A stretch of DNA of 64,000 nt from Pseudogymnoascus verrucosus (Eukaryota). The notes below the pieces were generated by a model that did no database searches, was not told the origin of the DNA, and was given only the letters and a program-made list of their open reading frames with translations. Position numbers and translations under genes: made by a program. This document shows, piece after piece, positions 1 through 11,876 of the stretch (position 1 is the stretch's first letter; the number at the start of each line of letters is the position of its first letter). The stretch is taken from assembly GCA_001662655.1 (NCBI GenBank), contig KV460206.1; one strand, given 5' to 3'.

Positions 1-372
1 AGCTTCCATTAATGGCTGGGAACGCAAATATGTGACCGTGAAAGCCAATAATGGCAGAGTAAAGGTCGGTGTAATTAATTGGGGTGCTTGTTACATGGAT
101 GCGTGTCCATGCCGAAGCGGAGCTGTGTCCTTGGCTTTGCGAGATCATTTGGTGTAAATCCTGGAGCGCGTTCAATACTGCTGCATGATGGTGGTTTTGA
201 TGCCGTGAGACTGACTGGCTGTGGGCATATGTGTGTAATGGCTTCGCTCAATCGATGTAAAGTGGAAGCATACCTATTTTGAAACCTTTTATTTCAAGCT
301 ATCTAGAGCCAGTCCCTTTCTTCATAAAGCCCTCTTGACCAGCTAGTCTTTCAACCCCCAATTCCCTACCCT

Positions 373-1408
373 CTACTTCTCCTCCGGCCACACATTATAC
401 CCAAACGTATCCTTCATATTCACAAACCTCGTCTTCCTGCTCTCCGCCACCTTATTCACCGCCTCAAAATCCTCATCACTCAACTTAATCAACTGCGCAT
501 TACTCTTGATCCTCGCCTCATTACTACTCTTCGGCAGCACCGCATACCCCCTCCTAATCCCCCACGCAATCAGGACTTGCGCAAGACTAACCCCATTCTT
601 CTCTGCCACCGCAATCAGATCCTTATTTGTGGCCACCTTCTCCCCAGTCCCTGGAACCTGGTCTTGCGATCCCAGAGGGGAGTAGGCGACGGGAACGACG
701 CCTACGGAGCGGCAGAAGTCGATGAGCTCTTGGTTGGGGAGGAAGGGGTGGATCTCGATCTGGTTTACTGCGGGCGGGATCTTGGCGAGGGAGAGGAGCT
801 GTTTTAGACCGGCGATGGTGTAGTTGGAGACGCCGATGGATTTGGCCTTGCCGCTGGCGACGAGGGATTCCATCGCGCGCCAGGTGGGGGTTGGGTCTTC
901 GGTTAGGGCTTTGTTGATGATGTACTGAGGGGGATGTTAGTATTGTGTCTTTGTATTGTATCTTTCATTAATAAGTGAAGGAGGGAGAGTAACGCACCTT
1001 CCCATCCGCACCGATCTTGACGCTGCGATCCTCATTCCTCTCCGCAGCAAACGGCCAGTGGATAAGGAATAAATCCACATACTCCAGCCCCAACTTCTTC
1101 AACGAATCATTGATACTCCACTCCACATCCGCCGGCTCATGCAAATGTTGCCACACCTTCGTACAGATGAACAGGTCCTCGCGCTTAACGTCCTTGTGGG
1201 CGTCTAGGAACTCCTTGATCCCAGTGCCTACCTCGTCTTCGTTCTGGTAGAACCACGCGCAGTCTAGGTGTCTGTAACCCGCCGACAAGGCGGCGACGAC
1301 GGCGCGGTGCGTTTCGCCTGGGGAACCGACGGAGGCGAAGGTGCCGAAGCCGAGGGCGGGCATGGAGGCGCCGCTATTGAGCTTGATGAGGGGGGAGGAG
1401 ACGGCCAT
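373..1408 (-). CDS. gldB: NADP-dependent glycerol dehydrogenase (aldo-keto reductase), 2 exons, intron 925..997
   Basis: MAVSSPLIKLNSGASMPALGFGTFAS..GYRHLDCAWFYQNEDEVG..LFICTKVW..DLFLIHWP and SIGVSNY..PAVNQIEIHPFLP..AYSPLGSQ..VLPKSS are AKR motifs resembling Aspergillus GldB/Trichoderma Gld1. A GT..CAG intron joins ORFs 968..1639 and 373..873 in frame (DGK|YIINKALTEDP). Confidence 0.9.
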
Positions 1409-1779
1409 GTTGGGTGGTTTGTGAGTTGTAGTATAGGTTCGTGGGTATTGTGAGTGTTTTGTTGGTGGTGGTGATGGTAATGTTGCGGTGGTGAGAGGGA
1501 GGAGGGGTTTGGGTTTGGAGAGGTGAGTGAGGGATGATGTCAATCGCGGGGTGGGGGGGGGAATATATTTGGAGGGGCAGGAGGGGTGTAGACGAGGATG
1601 CAAGGGGGGGAACCGGAGGGGGAATCGGAGAGGAGGCATGATGGGGGCGAGTGAGGCGAGGAGTGATGATCTTGGAAAGTGGGAGAATGTATTGGGTATG
1701 TATTTTACAGAGTTTTTAATTTATTATATTATTAGAAAGAAATGTAAAATGTAGCAGAGTCTTCCTGGTAGACTTTCCT

Positions 1780-2540
1780 GGTTCCTTCCTGGCGTTTAGA
1801 GTCTTCCTTGTCATAGTGTCTAGTTTTGGTGTTTACAGTCCACATAGAGTAGAGGTTGGAGTACATACTCACAGTAGTAGCAGCAGCAGCAGTAGTAGCA
1901 GTAGGAACCCTCATATTCGTCATAGCATGTAAGAATAGAGTAAGAGTGTACTTGTAGTGTTTGTACAGCTCATAATAATTGCCGTGATAGAGTACCGATA
2001 GCAGAGTATCGTTTGGACGAGAATAAGGCGAATGTTAGTAGAGCTGTAGAGTAACTGTATACAGCTGTGCTCTACCACTATACAGCTGTTACAGCTCTAA
2101 GATTTGTTTTGTATGTACCATAATATGGCAATACTACGGTAGTACGTAGGTGGCATGGTAGTACCGACTAGATTTACTCTAGTTCTCTAGTTTTCTAGTT
2201 TTTCTACTATGTAATAACAACACGGTCACGCCAAGCCCGTTCAACGGGCCGTTCGCAGCTACTATCCCATCTACTTACCACAGTATTGGCAATACTAGCA
2301 GTACTAGCAATCCTCTACTGCTCTAACTACCAATTACCACTCGTATCGTCGTATCAAAGGTGCACAGTACTCCAGTAAAGTAATGAAAGGAAGGCCCTAT
2401 GAGAGAGTATCAGAGTATGCACGTACGCATATCCCTACCCTACACTCCCTCTAACTCGCCAGCCTTACACGCTTGGCCCTGCTTGGCCTGTAGCCTGCTA
2501 GTCGTCCTACTACTAAAACTATGGAGTCTCCTAGCGCTAC
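1780..2540. other. TpA-rich, RIP-like low-complexity intergenic tract
   Basis: Dense TAG/CTA/TAC words (tagtagcag, tactagcagtactagc, ttctctagttttctag), no credible ORF. Judged by eye; RIP index not computed. Confidence 0.5.
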
Positions 2541-2970
2541 TAAGCAAATCTGCGGATCGTGAAAATGACATCATAGCTCCACCCACCTCTCACTCCACTT
2601 CTTTCCCTTCCTTACCACTTCTCACCACTTCTTCCCACGCTAGGGTTTTAAGATAACGGCCTATGACATAACGCCACCGTTTGCCGCCTCTATGCCGTTC
2701 AGCCTCTTTTTGCTCTCTCTCATCCAATAGCTAGCTGGGAAAAAATGTTAATTTTTTTTAGATCTGGTAGGGGCGAGAGATGTACCGATGCAAGGTACAG
2801 ATACGCTTTTACCATGTACTCTCAGCTTGCTTGGGGGTTGTAGTAGCTATTATTTTTCAACTGTGTTTTATACTTCAACTTGCAGCTGCTGTGTTGTAAT
2901 TAGTTAGTGATAGTTAGTAGTGATAGTAGTGAGAATCAGATCCCAGGCTAACAATGCGCCTTAATGAGCC

Positions 2971-3006
2971 ATATAACCCATATAACCCATATAACCCATA
3001 TAACCC
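2971..3006 (+). repeat. (ATATAACCC)x4 tandem repeat
   Basis: Four exact 9-mers read directly. Confidence 0.95.
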
Positions 3007-4093
3007 GCACCCATTACTAGAATGATGTGCATTCTCCACGAAACGTCTGCGATATCAGTCCCCATCAACCCCCACCACCACCATCAAAAGTCCCATTTTT
3101 ATGGCTCCGCCTCCGCCAATATGTAACTGCAACCACGACGACAGTCCACTTCCTCTCCTCTGGCTGTCCACTCGCTGTCCTCCCTATTGCTCACCGTCCA
3201 CTAACAAGTCGTCCTTTCCCACACTCCCACTCCCACTCCTATCCCCATCCAACACTACGCGGCCGCATATCCCACTAAGAAATCGTGCTAGGTACTAACT
3301 AAGTAGTACCCGGTACGTCAATGCAACGCATCATCACATCCAACGGCGATTCCTCCCGAAGGTATGACGGTGCTGCTCATCCACCTAATTCTCGCTATCT
3401 CCATACCCTCTCCATACATGGCGTATCAGTATCCATTCTACCCCTTCTACAACCGCCAATGTCCACTCCGCTGCATTGAGATGGCCAGAGAATGGCCAAC
3501 GCAGCTTCTACTATCTTCTCTCTCTTCTCGTTCCTCCGGGTCCGTCGGCCAAATACTGGAGCCACTTGATGCCCAAGTACGTTTCAACGTTTCGGAAAGT
3601 CAAGGCCTTGCAGGGGTGACTCCATTTGCATTTTTGATAACCATTAAGCTGGCGTCGGTTGCCGAAGGGGTATCCATAATCTAGATATCTCAATTTTCAT
3701 ACGGGCTCACCGGGGCGGCGAACTCATGTAGTAAGCTGGTAAGGTAGTAAGCTGGTAGTAATAGTGGGAGCATGTAACTTGTGATGTGAACCAGTCCAAA
3801 TCGAAAAAAAGACCTGACCGTATATATGCCCTCCCGTTCCCCCATTGCCCCATCCTTTCGTCATCCCACTTTCTCACCCACACATTCTGTCACTCGTAAA
3901 TCCGGTCTTTTGGATCATTTCGTCTGTCATCACATTGAGCTGCAAACACTAAAAAGCACTCATCCTCACCCATCAAACCTCATACCTCATCTTATCCACC
4001 TCAAACACAAAAGCAATCCCCATTTTGTCTTCTCCCCTCTTATCACATCCACAACCCACCACCACCACCACCAACCACCAAACCTCTCTCAAG

Positions 4094-5578
4094 ATGCCAG
4101 GAGCCACCACATCCCCCGGCAAGCAGTCCGCGGACAAGACGCCCGAGAGGAACGTCGACCGCCCCATGTTCCGCCGCATGCTCTCCGTCCCCGAAGGCGA
4201 CAACGGCAACGTCGAGCGCAACACCATCGAGGTCCCCATGTCTCGCTCCCCCTTCGCAGACACAAACGACCTCATGCACCCCCTCAGCAACGCCCCCTCC
4301 TCCCGCGACCGCCGAGGGTCCCGCAACAGCTTCGGCACCTCGCTACCCATCCCCCGCTCGAAGAGGCAGTCGAGGCTGTCGTCGAGCATTAACATTGAGG
4401 AAGCGTTGGCGGCGGCGAATTTGAGGCCGGGGATGCCGCCGATTCAGCCGACGAGGGAGATTATTGCGAGTCAGTTGCAGGATATGTCGTCGGTGAAGAC
4501 GACGGCGGCGAAGGATATGGCGTTCGCTTTTGATATTGATGGAGTGCTTGTTCACGGTGATCGTTTGATTCCTGAGGGCCGTCGTGCGCTGGAGATCTTG
4601 AACGGTGATAATGAGCTCGGTATTAAGATCCCCCACATCTTCCTCACCAACGGGAGTGGTAAGATCGAGAGCCAGCGCTGCGACCAGCTGTCTCAGATCC
4701 TCGGTGTCCCGATCTCGACTGAGCAGTTCATCCAAGCTCACACCCCCATGTCTGCCCTGGCTGAGTACTACGACACCGTCCTCGTGGTCGGTGGCGAGAA
4801 GTACAAGTGCCGCGAGGTAGCCAAGCTATACGGCTTCAAGGATATCATCGTCCCTAACGACATCTACGCCGCCAACCCCGACATCTCACCCCTCAAGGAA
4901 TTCTTCACCGAGGAGCAGCGCGCCACTTCCGCGCCGAGGGATTTCAGCAAGGTCAAGTTCGATGCTATCCTCGTCTTCTCCGACTCCCGCGATTACGCCA
5001 CCGATCTCCAAATCATGATCGACCTCCTCCTCTCCGAGGACGGCGTTCTGGGCACCAAAGCCAAGGACCCCCTCGCGAACCGCATCCCCGTCTACTTCTC
5101 CCAGGGCGACGTCCTCTGCCCCACCGAGTACCCCATCCCCCGCATGTCTCAGGGAACCTTCCGCATCGCGCTCGAGGCTATCTACAAGTCCATCACCGGG
5201 CATGAGCTGGAGCGTGTGGTGTACGGAAAGCCTGAGTTGGCGACGTATAAGTACGCTGATGAGGTGATGAGCTCGTGGATGGAGACGATTCACAACGAGG
5301 AGCGTCTGCCTAAGAATATCTACATGATTGGTGATAACCCGCAGTCTGATATTGTTGGTGGTAACATGTATGGATGGAACACCTGCCTGGTTCGCACTGG
5401 TGTGTTCCAGGGCGAGGGCAATGATAAGGAGAACCCGGCCAACTTTGGGGTTTTCAACAACGTTCTTGAGGCTGTGCAGGCGGCGCTCAAGAAGGAGCTG
5501 GGCGCGGATTTCAAGCTCAACTGGAGTGATTCTATGAACCCCGTTACCGGGAACCAGTCGGTTTCGGCGGTGGAGTAA
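4094..5578 (+). CDS. cutA: HAD-superfamily subfamily IIA hydrolase, CUT-1/CutA type
   Basis: Motif I FAFDIDGVL, FLTNGSG, GKP and motif IV YMIGDNPQSDIVGG; Ser/Arg-rich N-terminal extension; intronless, ATG at 4094. It lies divergent from gldB, the arrangement I recall for Neurospora cut-1 and Fusarium cutA. Confidence 0.85.
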   Translation: MPGATTSPGKQSADKTPERNVDRPMFRRMLSVPEGDNGNVERNTIEVPMSRSPFADTNDLMHPLSNAPSSRDRRGSRNSFGTSLPIPRSKRQSRLSSSINIEEALAAANLRPGMPPIQPTREIIASQLQDMSSVKTTAAKDMAFAFDIDGVLVHGDRLIPEGRRALEILNGDNELGIKIPHIFLTNGSGKIESQRCDQLSQILGVPISTEQFIQAHTPMSALAEYYDTVLVVGGEKYKCREVAKLYGFKDIIVPNDIYAANPDISPLKEFFTEEQRATSAPRDFSKVKFDAILVFSDSRDYATDLQIMIDLLLSEDGVLGTKAKDPLANRIPVYFSQGDVLCPTEYPIPRMSQGTFRIALEAIYKSITGHELERVVYGKPELATYKYADEVMSSWMETIHNEERLPKNIYMIGDNPQSDIVGGNMYGWNTCLVRTGVFQGEGNDKENPANFGVFNNVLEAVQAALKKELGADFKLNWSDSMNPVTGNQSVSAVE

Positions 5579-6394
5579 AGGAAAGAACGAAGGAGTCAAA
5601 GCTGCGGAAAAGTTGTTTTTTTTATGATTGAATGCGGGTTTTTTTGCCTACCGCTTTTTTTTTACTTTACTACCTGCCTTGTTTTGGAAAAACAGATATG
5701 AAGGAAGGTTGGGATGATAGGTTGATCGGCGTTTCACACCGCCGCGTCGTTGGGATGGACGTTGGACGAAGATTATGTCTTGGCTCTCTCTCTATGAGAA
5801 CTTATTTCTTTGGCTAGGGTTCATTGGTTGGGGGATTTTTTTCTTTGAACGAGGGGTTTCTTATTGTATATAGATTCATAAATACCCACAGACCCAATAG
5901 GCTACACAGTATAGATATACTGGAGACAAAAAAGATTCTTTACCACGAAATGTTTGAGTTTGAAGTCATGTTGTGATAACTGCTGTGATGTGATGCTGGC
6001 CAAAATTCAGGAGGGAGCTTGTAGGGACTAATACATGCAACTTATGTTGCTAGAATTTATACCTCCAGTTTGACTTCCAAGTAACTGACTTCCGCAGCAC
6101 AGTAATATAAACCTGAATGAGCCCACGCCTTTATTATATTCCAACTTTCTTCACCCATCCAAAGTGATTAACAAAACCCATCCACGATAGCCCCCCCGAT
6201 AAGATAACCCCAAAACTGCACACCCGACCTCACCACCCCCCCGTACCACCACAATCAATCCGCCCAGCAAGCTCCAGACCACCACACACACCACCTCGCG
6301 CCCAGGGCGCTCACTCAACCTCAAACCCACCACCACTACACCACACCACCAACCCACCATCCACCATCACCTTCCAACCTCCCACAAATCGCCC

Positions 6395-7791
6395 ATGTCC
6401 TCCACCGCCGTGCACGCGCCTCACCATCTCCCCACCTCATACCACCCTCCCAGCATCAGCAGCACCAGCCGATCCAGCGCCTCACGCCCCATCCCCCCCG
6501 CCGCGCCCTCCCCCCCGACACACCCCTCCCCCTCCCCCTCTCCCGCACCGCTCCCGGCATCGACAATGGCGAACACAAACGGACAATGGCTCTTCAGCGC
6601 GTCGGAGATTGCGAATTCGCCGAGCGTGGCGGCGGGGCTGACGCCGGCGGAGGAAAGGGCGAGGAGAGCGAAGGGGGTTAATTTTATTGTGCAGGCGGGG
6701 ATGCTGTTGAAGGTGCCGCAGGTGACGTTGGGGAGTGCGGCGGTGTTTTTTCAGAGGTTTTATATGAGGGTTGGGATGGTGGGGGAGAGGGGGGTGCATC
6801 ATTATGTGAGTTCTGCTGTTCTTGTTCCTTGCTACAGATTGGGGGAGGTTTGTGTGGAGGGGCGCGGTGTGAAGATGTGGTGGTGAATATGTGCTAACTG
6901 GGGATTTCTTCTTAGAACATCGCAGCCACCAGCCTCTTCCTCGCCACCAAAGCCGAAGAAAACTGCCGCAAAACCAAAGAAATCGTCATCGCCGTCGCCA
7001 AAGTCGCCCAGAAGAACGCCAACCTCGTCATCGACGAGCAATCCAAGGAGTTCTGGCGGTGGAAAGACTCGATCCTGCTCTACGAAGAGACGATGCTCGA
7101 ACTCCTCACCTTCGACGTCGTTCTCGAGAGCCCGTATAGCCATCTCCAGAGTATACTTGGACAGTTGGGGTTGGAGCATGATAAGGCGCTTAGGAATATT
7201 GCCTGGGCGTTTTTGAATGATAGTCAGATGACGACGATGTGTTTGCGCATGGGACCGAGGGATGTGGCTGTCGCGGCAGTGTATTTTGCTGCTAGGTATA
7301 ATGGGGAGAAGATCCCGGATGAAGGGGGAAGACCGTGGTGGGTCAGGGCTGGGGGGGACGAAGAGAGGATTGCAGAGGCGGTAGCGGTGGTGCAGGAGTT
7401 TTATGCTGAGAACCCCCTTGGGAGGACCGATTTACCCCTAGAGGGCAGTCCGGGTGGAAGTCCGGGGGAGCTGGAGGCGACGAGGGAGAGGGGCGGCGAG
7501 AGCCCGGAGAGTGTGAAGGAACGGGGTGGAGAGGCCGAGGAGGGGAGGTCGAGGTCGCCAATTGAAAGGGATGTAGCCGCAGGGGACGACGACGCGGTGT
7601 TGAAGAGGGTAGCTAACGACCCCGCGACACATGAGAGGGGTGATGAGGCTATAGCGTCGATAGAGGGCGTCCCGCCGAAGAGGAAGGAGAGTATAGTCGA
7701 CCCCGACACTGAAGAGAGGGACTCGAAAAGGATTAAATCCGGGGACAAGGAAGAGGGAGAGGAGAGCGAGGAGGGGGAGGTGGAGGAGTAG
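6395..7791 (+). CDS. pch1: Transcription cyclin (Pch1/cyclin K-T type), intron 6806..6915; start may instead be ~6566 (MANTNGQW)
   Basis: EERARRAKGVNFIVQAGMLLKVPQVTLGSAAVFFQRFYMR..HHY|NIAATSLFLATKAEENCRKTKE cyclin box; acidic SEEGEVEE tail; GTGAGT..GCTAAC..TAG intron. Confidence 0.85.
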
Positions 7792-8552
7792 CGGTGCTTA
7801 CTGCTTGTTGTTTGGTTGTTGGATGGCTAGGGGGTGGGGGATGGATGGCGTACATCACTTGTGGCGTTTTTTTTTGCTGGCTGGCTTATCACTTGTGTAA
7901 ATTACTAGGGAGCAAACGGGGGGACTGAGGGAAGGAGGCATCTTCTGAATCACCCACCGTGGGAAAACTGGGAGGGTGGGAGAGTGGCGGTGCCCACATT
8001 TGTACTATCTGCTCCATTGATGGAATGATAATGTTAATTCCGAGATAACGACTTTGAGCCACAAACGGGCCACACACAAATCGAAGACTTTCAAAAACAT
8101 TTACCTGCTCTTGATAAATATGGTCTTCCTGAAAAACAATATGGTATTCCGAGTTCTAGGTATGTACTCCTTTGTAATGTGTAAATAATTCCCACTCCAC
8201 CGTATTTCCATCCATCCATCCATTTCCTCCCATTTTCTGGGCCCTGAAGCCATTATACAAATCCACCCCCAGCCAAACTCCCCATATATGAAAAAACAAA
8301 TGATGCGACTCATCCAAGCCAGTCCGCGGTATAAACTAAGAGAAAAAAAAAGGAGCAATGGGTAGCCCACGGCGTTGCGCAGGGCTCCCGGTGAGGTAGA
8401 GACGCCGGTGAGATAAAAATCAAAGTAGCCTCTCCACAAATACAATAAAAAAATGTTCATGACAACGATGAACCGCTCGACAGGACTGCAATCCCAGCCA
8501 TCCTGCCACTCTCGTCCGCTCAACCATCCGTTCTGTCTTCCGATTCCTCAAC

Positions 8553-11500
8553 CTACCACCTCCTCCCCTCAGCCCTCAACTCAGGCACCTCCACGGCCCC
8601 AAGACTCGGAACCCCCTCCCCAAACCTCCTCTCCACAAACCCCTCCAGCTCCCTCGCAACCATCTCCCACTCCGCCAGCGCACGTCCCGCATACCTCGAA
8701 CCCCCCTGGACTCCCGGCACCTCATCCGCCGCGCCCTCCACCGTCTCCAGCAAGAACGTCTGAGCCGCCCCGGGGAGCCGCGGCACGCCGAGCACGCGGT
8801 CGCGCCCGAAGATGCGCCGGTCTGACGCGCTCTGCATGTGGCCGCCGTGCCACTCGAGAGAGAAGCGGAAGGAGAAAGCGCGGTAGGTTGGGGTAGGTGG
8901 ATCAGGTGCAGGTGCGGGTGGGGGAGAGGGAGAGAAAGAGGATGGGGAGCGCGAGGCTGCTGTGGCGAGGCGGGCGGCTTCGAGGGTTGTGGGTTGGGGG
9001 GGGGCATTAGGGTCGGCTATGAAGGGGTTTATTTTGCCGAGGATGCTCCAGCGGCGGCGGGGCGCGGTGGAGTCGGCAGGGGGAGGTGGGGATGGGGCGG
9101 TGGAGTGGCGGCGTGTAGGGGAGGGTGGGCGAGGGGCGCCAGAGATGATGCCGTCGAAGCTGAGGAAGTGGTTTGGTGGCGGTGGGTGCGTTTCGTTGCG
9201 GATGATTAGGAGGCGACGGCCTGGGGCGGGGAGGCAGGGGGTTGATGAGGGGATGGGGCTGCTGGTGTGGAGGGCGGTGTGTTTCTGGTGCTGGTAGTAG
9301 GACCAGATGCGCTTGAGGCGCGAGGAGACGGTGCTGAGGATCTGGGTCTCGAGCTGGGTGGCGTCGTTTTCGAAGCGGCAGATGCGCCAGCAGAGGAGGC
9401 GCATGAAGTAGGCGCGGACCATGGGGGACCAGTGCATGAAGAGTTTTTCGAAGGTGGGCTCGGAGAGGAGCCAGTCGAGGCAGACGACTTCTTTGCGGTG
9501 GTCGACGACGGTGAGGATGTTCCAGGTCGTGTAGACGAAGGATAGGAGGCGGATTTCGGTCATTTGGTTGTCGCTTTCTAGCATCTTTTGGCAGACTTCG
9601 AGCCAGAACCACCAGTCGATGCAGTCGATATGGAATGAGTTCGTGGTGTTGTACCGCAGGTATATCGGAAGAACCTCCTCGAGAAAGTCGCACAAGATGG
9701 AACATGCGTTGTGGTTATACAGCGATGTCCTCTTCGTGGCAGCTTTCAAAGAGAGCGCAAATGACTCTGCGAATGTTCGCCGTGCCTCGCTGACGTCCTG
9801 TGGCTGTTCCGACAAGAAGTCTCGCACCAGCATAATCAGACGGTTCTCACACATCAGTCGAACTAGATTGCTGGATGGCAGAAGTGGTAGAGCCGCTGCT
9901 GATGCATCAGCACCCGCCAGAGAGCCACCAAGTAGCGATATCGGGCCAGCTCCAGCTGCAGCTGCTGGCTTCCTGTTAAACGTTCCATCAAGCACCGTCA
10001 CAATCTGGGCATGCACAAGCACGAATGCCGGTGCCCGGGCCTTCTCGATAAGTGGTGTGTCAGCAGGTACAAATTCCTCCATGAGAATATGATAATGCTT
10101 GCAGAACACGTAAAACAGGTCGCTGTCTCGTCCACACCATCGGCCAGCCCATGCGCCACCCCATGCGATCTTTGCAACCTCCAGAGGCAGCTTTGCAGGT
10201 CTTTGTAGCTGGTTGGAAAGCATCTTTGCTGATGTCCAACCCAGCATTTGCAGATTGGGTGGAAATGCGTCGACAATATCGTCGCTCCCACCATTCGGGC
10301 TGGTATACCGTCGGGGCAATCCAAATTCATCTGCGACTCTCTTGACCGTTTCCAGTGGTGTTCTCCAGACCCGCACAAGTGCGTCGGCGACTCCAGGGCA
10401 AAAGAAGAAGGCATATGCGGTGGCTTTCCCACAAAATGTAACAAGACTTGCTGGGGCATGTCTAAGAGACATTTTCTCCACAATAGTGCTCATCTGGGCA
10501 TTCAAATTTCGAATAAATGTCGTGCGTACATTATGATAAACCGAATCGGTAACAAATCCAGATGAGCTAGATGAGAAAGATCCAGTAGATTGACTCCTTG
10601 CCATATCAGTAGCCGCTGGCTTGTCCCCCAATGGTGCGAATAGGGACGGTGGTAACCGCCATTCTGGCCGGGCCATGATCTCTGCCATGGCCTCGAGAAT
10701 CACTGGCCTGTCCACTCCTGACATGCCATTCTGCGTGTCAATCATGTCCAGTAATCCTATCCACCACTTATCGAGAACATTGACTCTTCTATCCAGGTGC
10801 TCGGGTTCTAGATTTCTAGTCGATGGGTGATCAAGATAGAAATCATTTCGTAGAAATGGCAAGAGAGTCGATCGTACGACCTGAGCCTTTAAAGCACTCG
10901 TCTTGGTCTGGAATTTCCGGAAATCAGAGTCCAATGAACAAAAGGCCGGCCAGAGCTCATCTTTCTTCTGTGCTGAGTGCATTGCCAGAGGGGCAAGCTT
11001 GCCTTTCAGGCCTCTCGAGTTTGGTCTGCTTGTTGCGGGGGTAGATAGGCCATTGATGTTCAGCGTAGATATTCCTCCCAAGCTGTTGTTGGATGTGTTT
11101 GAAAATCGAGAGCTGCCGTCATCAAAGGTGCTGGTCTGAATCTTCTTTGACCGCTTGAGTAGCTGAGTACCCCTTCTCACTAATCCCGCCCCTGGGCTCT
11201 CAGATCGGTTCTTCGCTTTAGATAGCCCAGATCGTATCGATAAGGCAGCTATAGATTGTTTCGGGCTTGAGGATGATATAGAGCTTGGAGGTGTGGAATG
11301 ATCATCAGGGCTGTGGCCCATCAAATCAGACACCAGCTTCTTGCTTGGGGAAGGCGACCTGGAGGACGATCTGGAAGAACTGCTGTCGTCAGATTGTGCT
11401 CGCGATTGCGACGCTGTCGACCTCGTTGAGGAAGTTCTTATCGGTATAGGACGAGACTGCGTGGTTCGGTCGGTAGGTGCCTTCCAGGGTAACGATATGG

Positions 11501-11876
11501 TCCGTTCGGGGCTCCCTCGGACCCTTGACACCCACCCCGACACAGTGGATTTGCGTTTGTCGGCTGCCTGTAGCCCTTGCTGTTGGCTTTTACTTTCTCC
11601 ATGTTTCGAATGACCCTTCTCAGTAATCGTAGCTTCCGATGATGTCCGGGAGAGCTTGAATGGTTCAACTGGTACCTCAGCGTCAAAGTAGTCGTTGAGT
11701 TTGAAGGTGTCGAGGTCGAGACCTGGTAGGAAGGTGAAGCTGGCAGACCGAGGTAATTCTTCGGAATCACGAGTAGATCGGACATGTTTGAATTCGCTGG
11801 ACTGGCGGGTTGGAAGGTTGGACGAGGAGTGGGAGCGCGGCAAGGCTGAACTGGCAGCGCCTGACAAGACCTCCAT
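8553..11876 (-). CDS. DUF1765-family conserved fungal protein (1107 aa)
   Basis: Long ORF with a Ser-rich N-terminus, then LDKWWIGLL, FCGKATAYAFFFCPGVADALVRVW, HWSPMVRAYFMRLLCWR and C-terminal YAGRALAEW..VEVPEL, typical of DUF1765 proteins. Confidence 0.8.
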   Translation of the reverse strand: MEVLSGAASSALPRSHSSSNLPTRQSSEFKHVRSTRDSEELPRSASFTFLPGLDLDTFKLNDYFDAEVPVEPFKLSRTSSEATITEKGHSKHGESKSQQQGLQAADKRKSTVSGWVSRVRGSPERTISLPWKAPTDRTTQSRPIPIRTSSTRSTASQSRAQSDDSSSSRSSSRSPSPSKKLVSDLMGHSPDDHSTPPSSISSSSPKQSIAALSIRSGLSKAKNRSESPGAGLVRRGTQLLKRSKKIQTSTFDDGSSRFSNTSNNSLGGISTLNINGLSTPATSRPNSRGLKGKLAPLAMHSAQKKDELWPAFCSLDSDFRKFQTKTSALKAQVVRSTLLPFLRNDFYLDHPSTRNLEPEHLDRRVNVLDKWWIGLLDMIDTQNGMSGVDRPVILEAMAEIMARPEWRLPPSLFAPLGDKPAATDMARSQSTGSFSSSSSGFVTDSVYHNVRTTFIRNLNAQMSTIVEKMSLRHAPASLVTFCGKATAYAFFFCPGVADALVRVWRTPLETVKRVADEFGLPRRYTSPNGGSDDIVDAFPPNLQMLGWTSAKMLSNQLQRPAKLPLEVAKIAWGGAWAGRWCGRDSDLFYVFCKHYHILMEEFVPADTPLIEKARAPAFVLVHAQIVTVLDGTFNRKPAAAAGAGPISLLGGSLAGADASAAALPLLPSSNLVRLMCENRLIMLVRDFLSEQPQDVSEARRTFAESFALSLKAATKRTSLYNHNACSILCDFLEEVLPIYLRYNTTNSFHIDCIDWWFWLEVCQKMLESDNQMTEIRLLSFVYTTWNILTVVDHRKEVVCLDWLLSEPTFEKLFMHWSPMVRAYFMRLLCWRICRFENDATQLETQILSTVSSRLKRIWSYYQHQKHTALHTSSPIPSSTPCLPAPGRRLLIIRNETHPPPPNHFLSFDGIISGAPRPPSPTRRHSTAPSPPPPADSTAPRRRWSILGKINPFIADPNAPPQPTTLEAARLATAASRSPSSFSPSPPPAPAPDPPTPTYRAFSFRFSLEWHGGHMQSASDRRIFGRDRVLGVPRLPGAAQTFLLETVEGAADEVPGVQGGSRYAGRALAEWEMVARELEGFVERRFGEGVPSLGAVEVPELRAEGRRW

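Noticed and set aside
1409..1639. Pro-rich N-terminal extension of GldB
   Set aside because: Low-complexity C-rich leader; similarity to AKRs begins at MAVSSP (1408). A targeting presequence cannot be excluded but is unsupported.
4886..5599. 237 aa antisense ORF, and similar ones at 52306..53079, 9007..9705 and 47918..48607
   Set aside because: Shadow frames of strongly codon-biased real genes, with no recognisable motifs.
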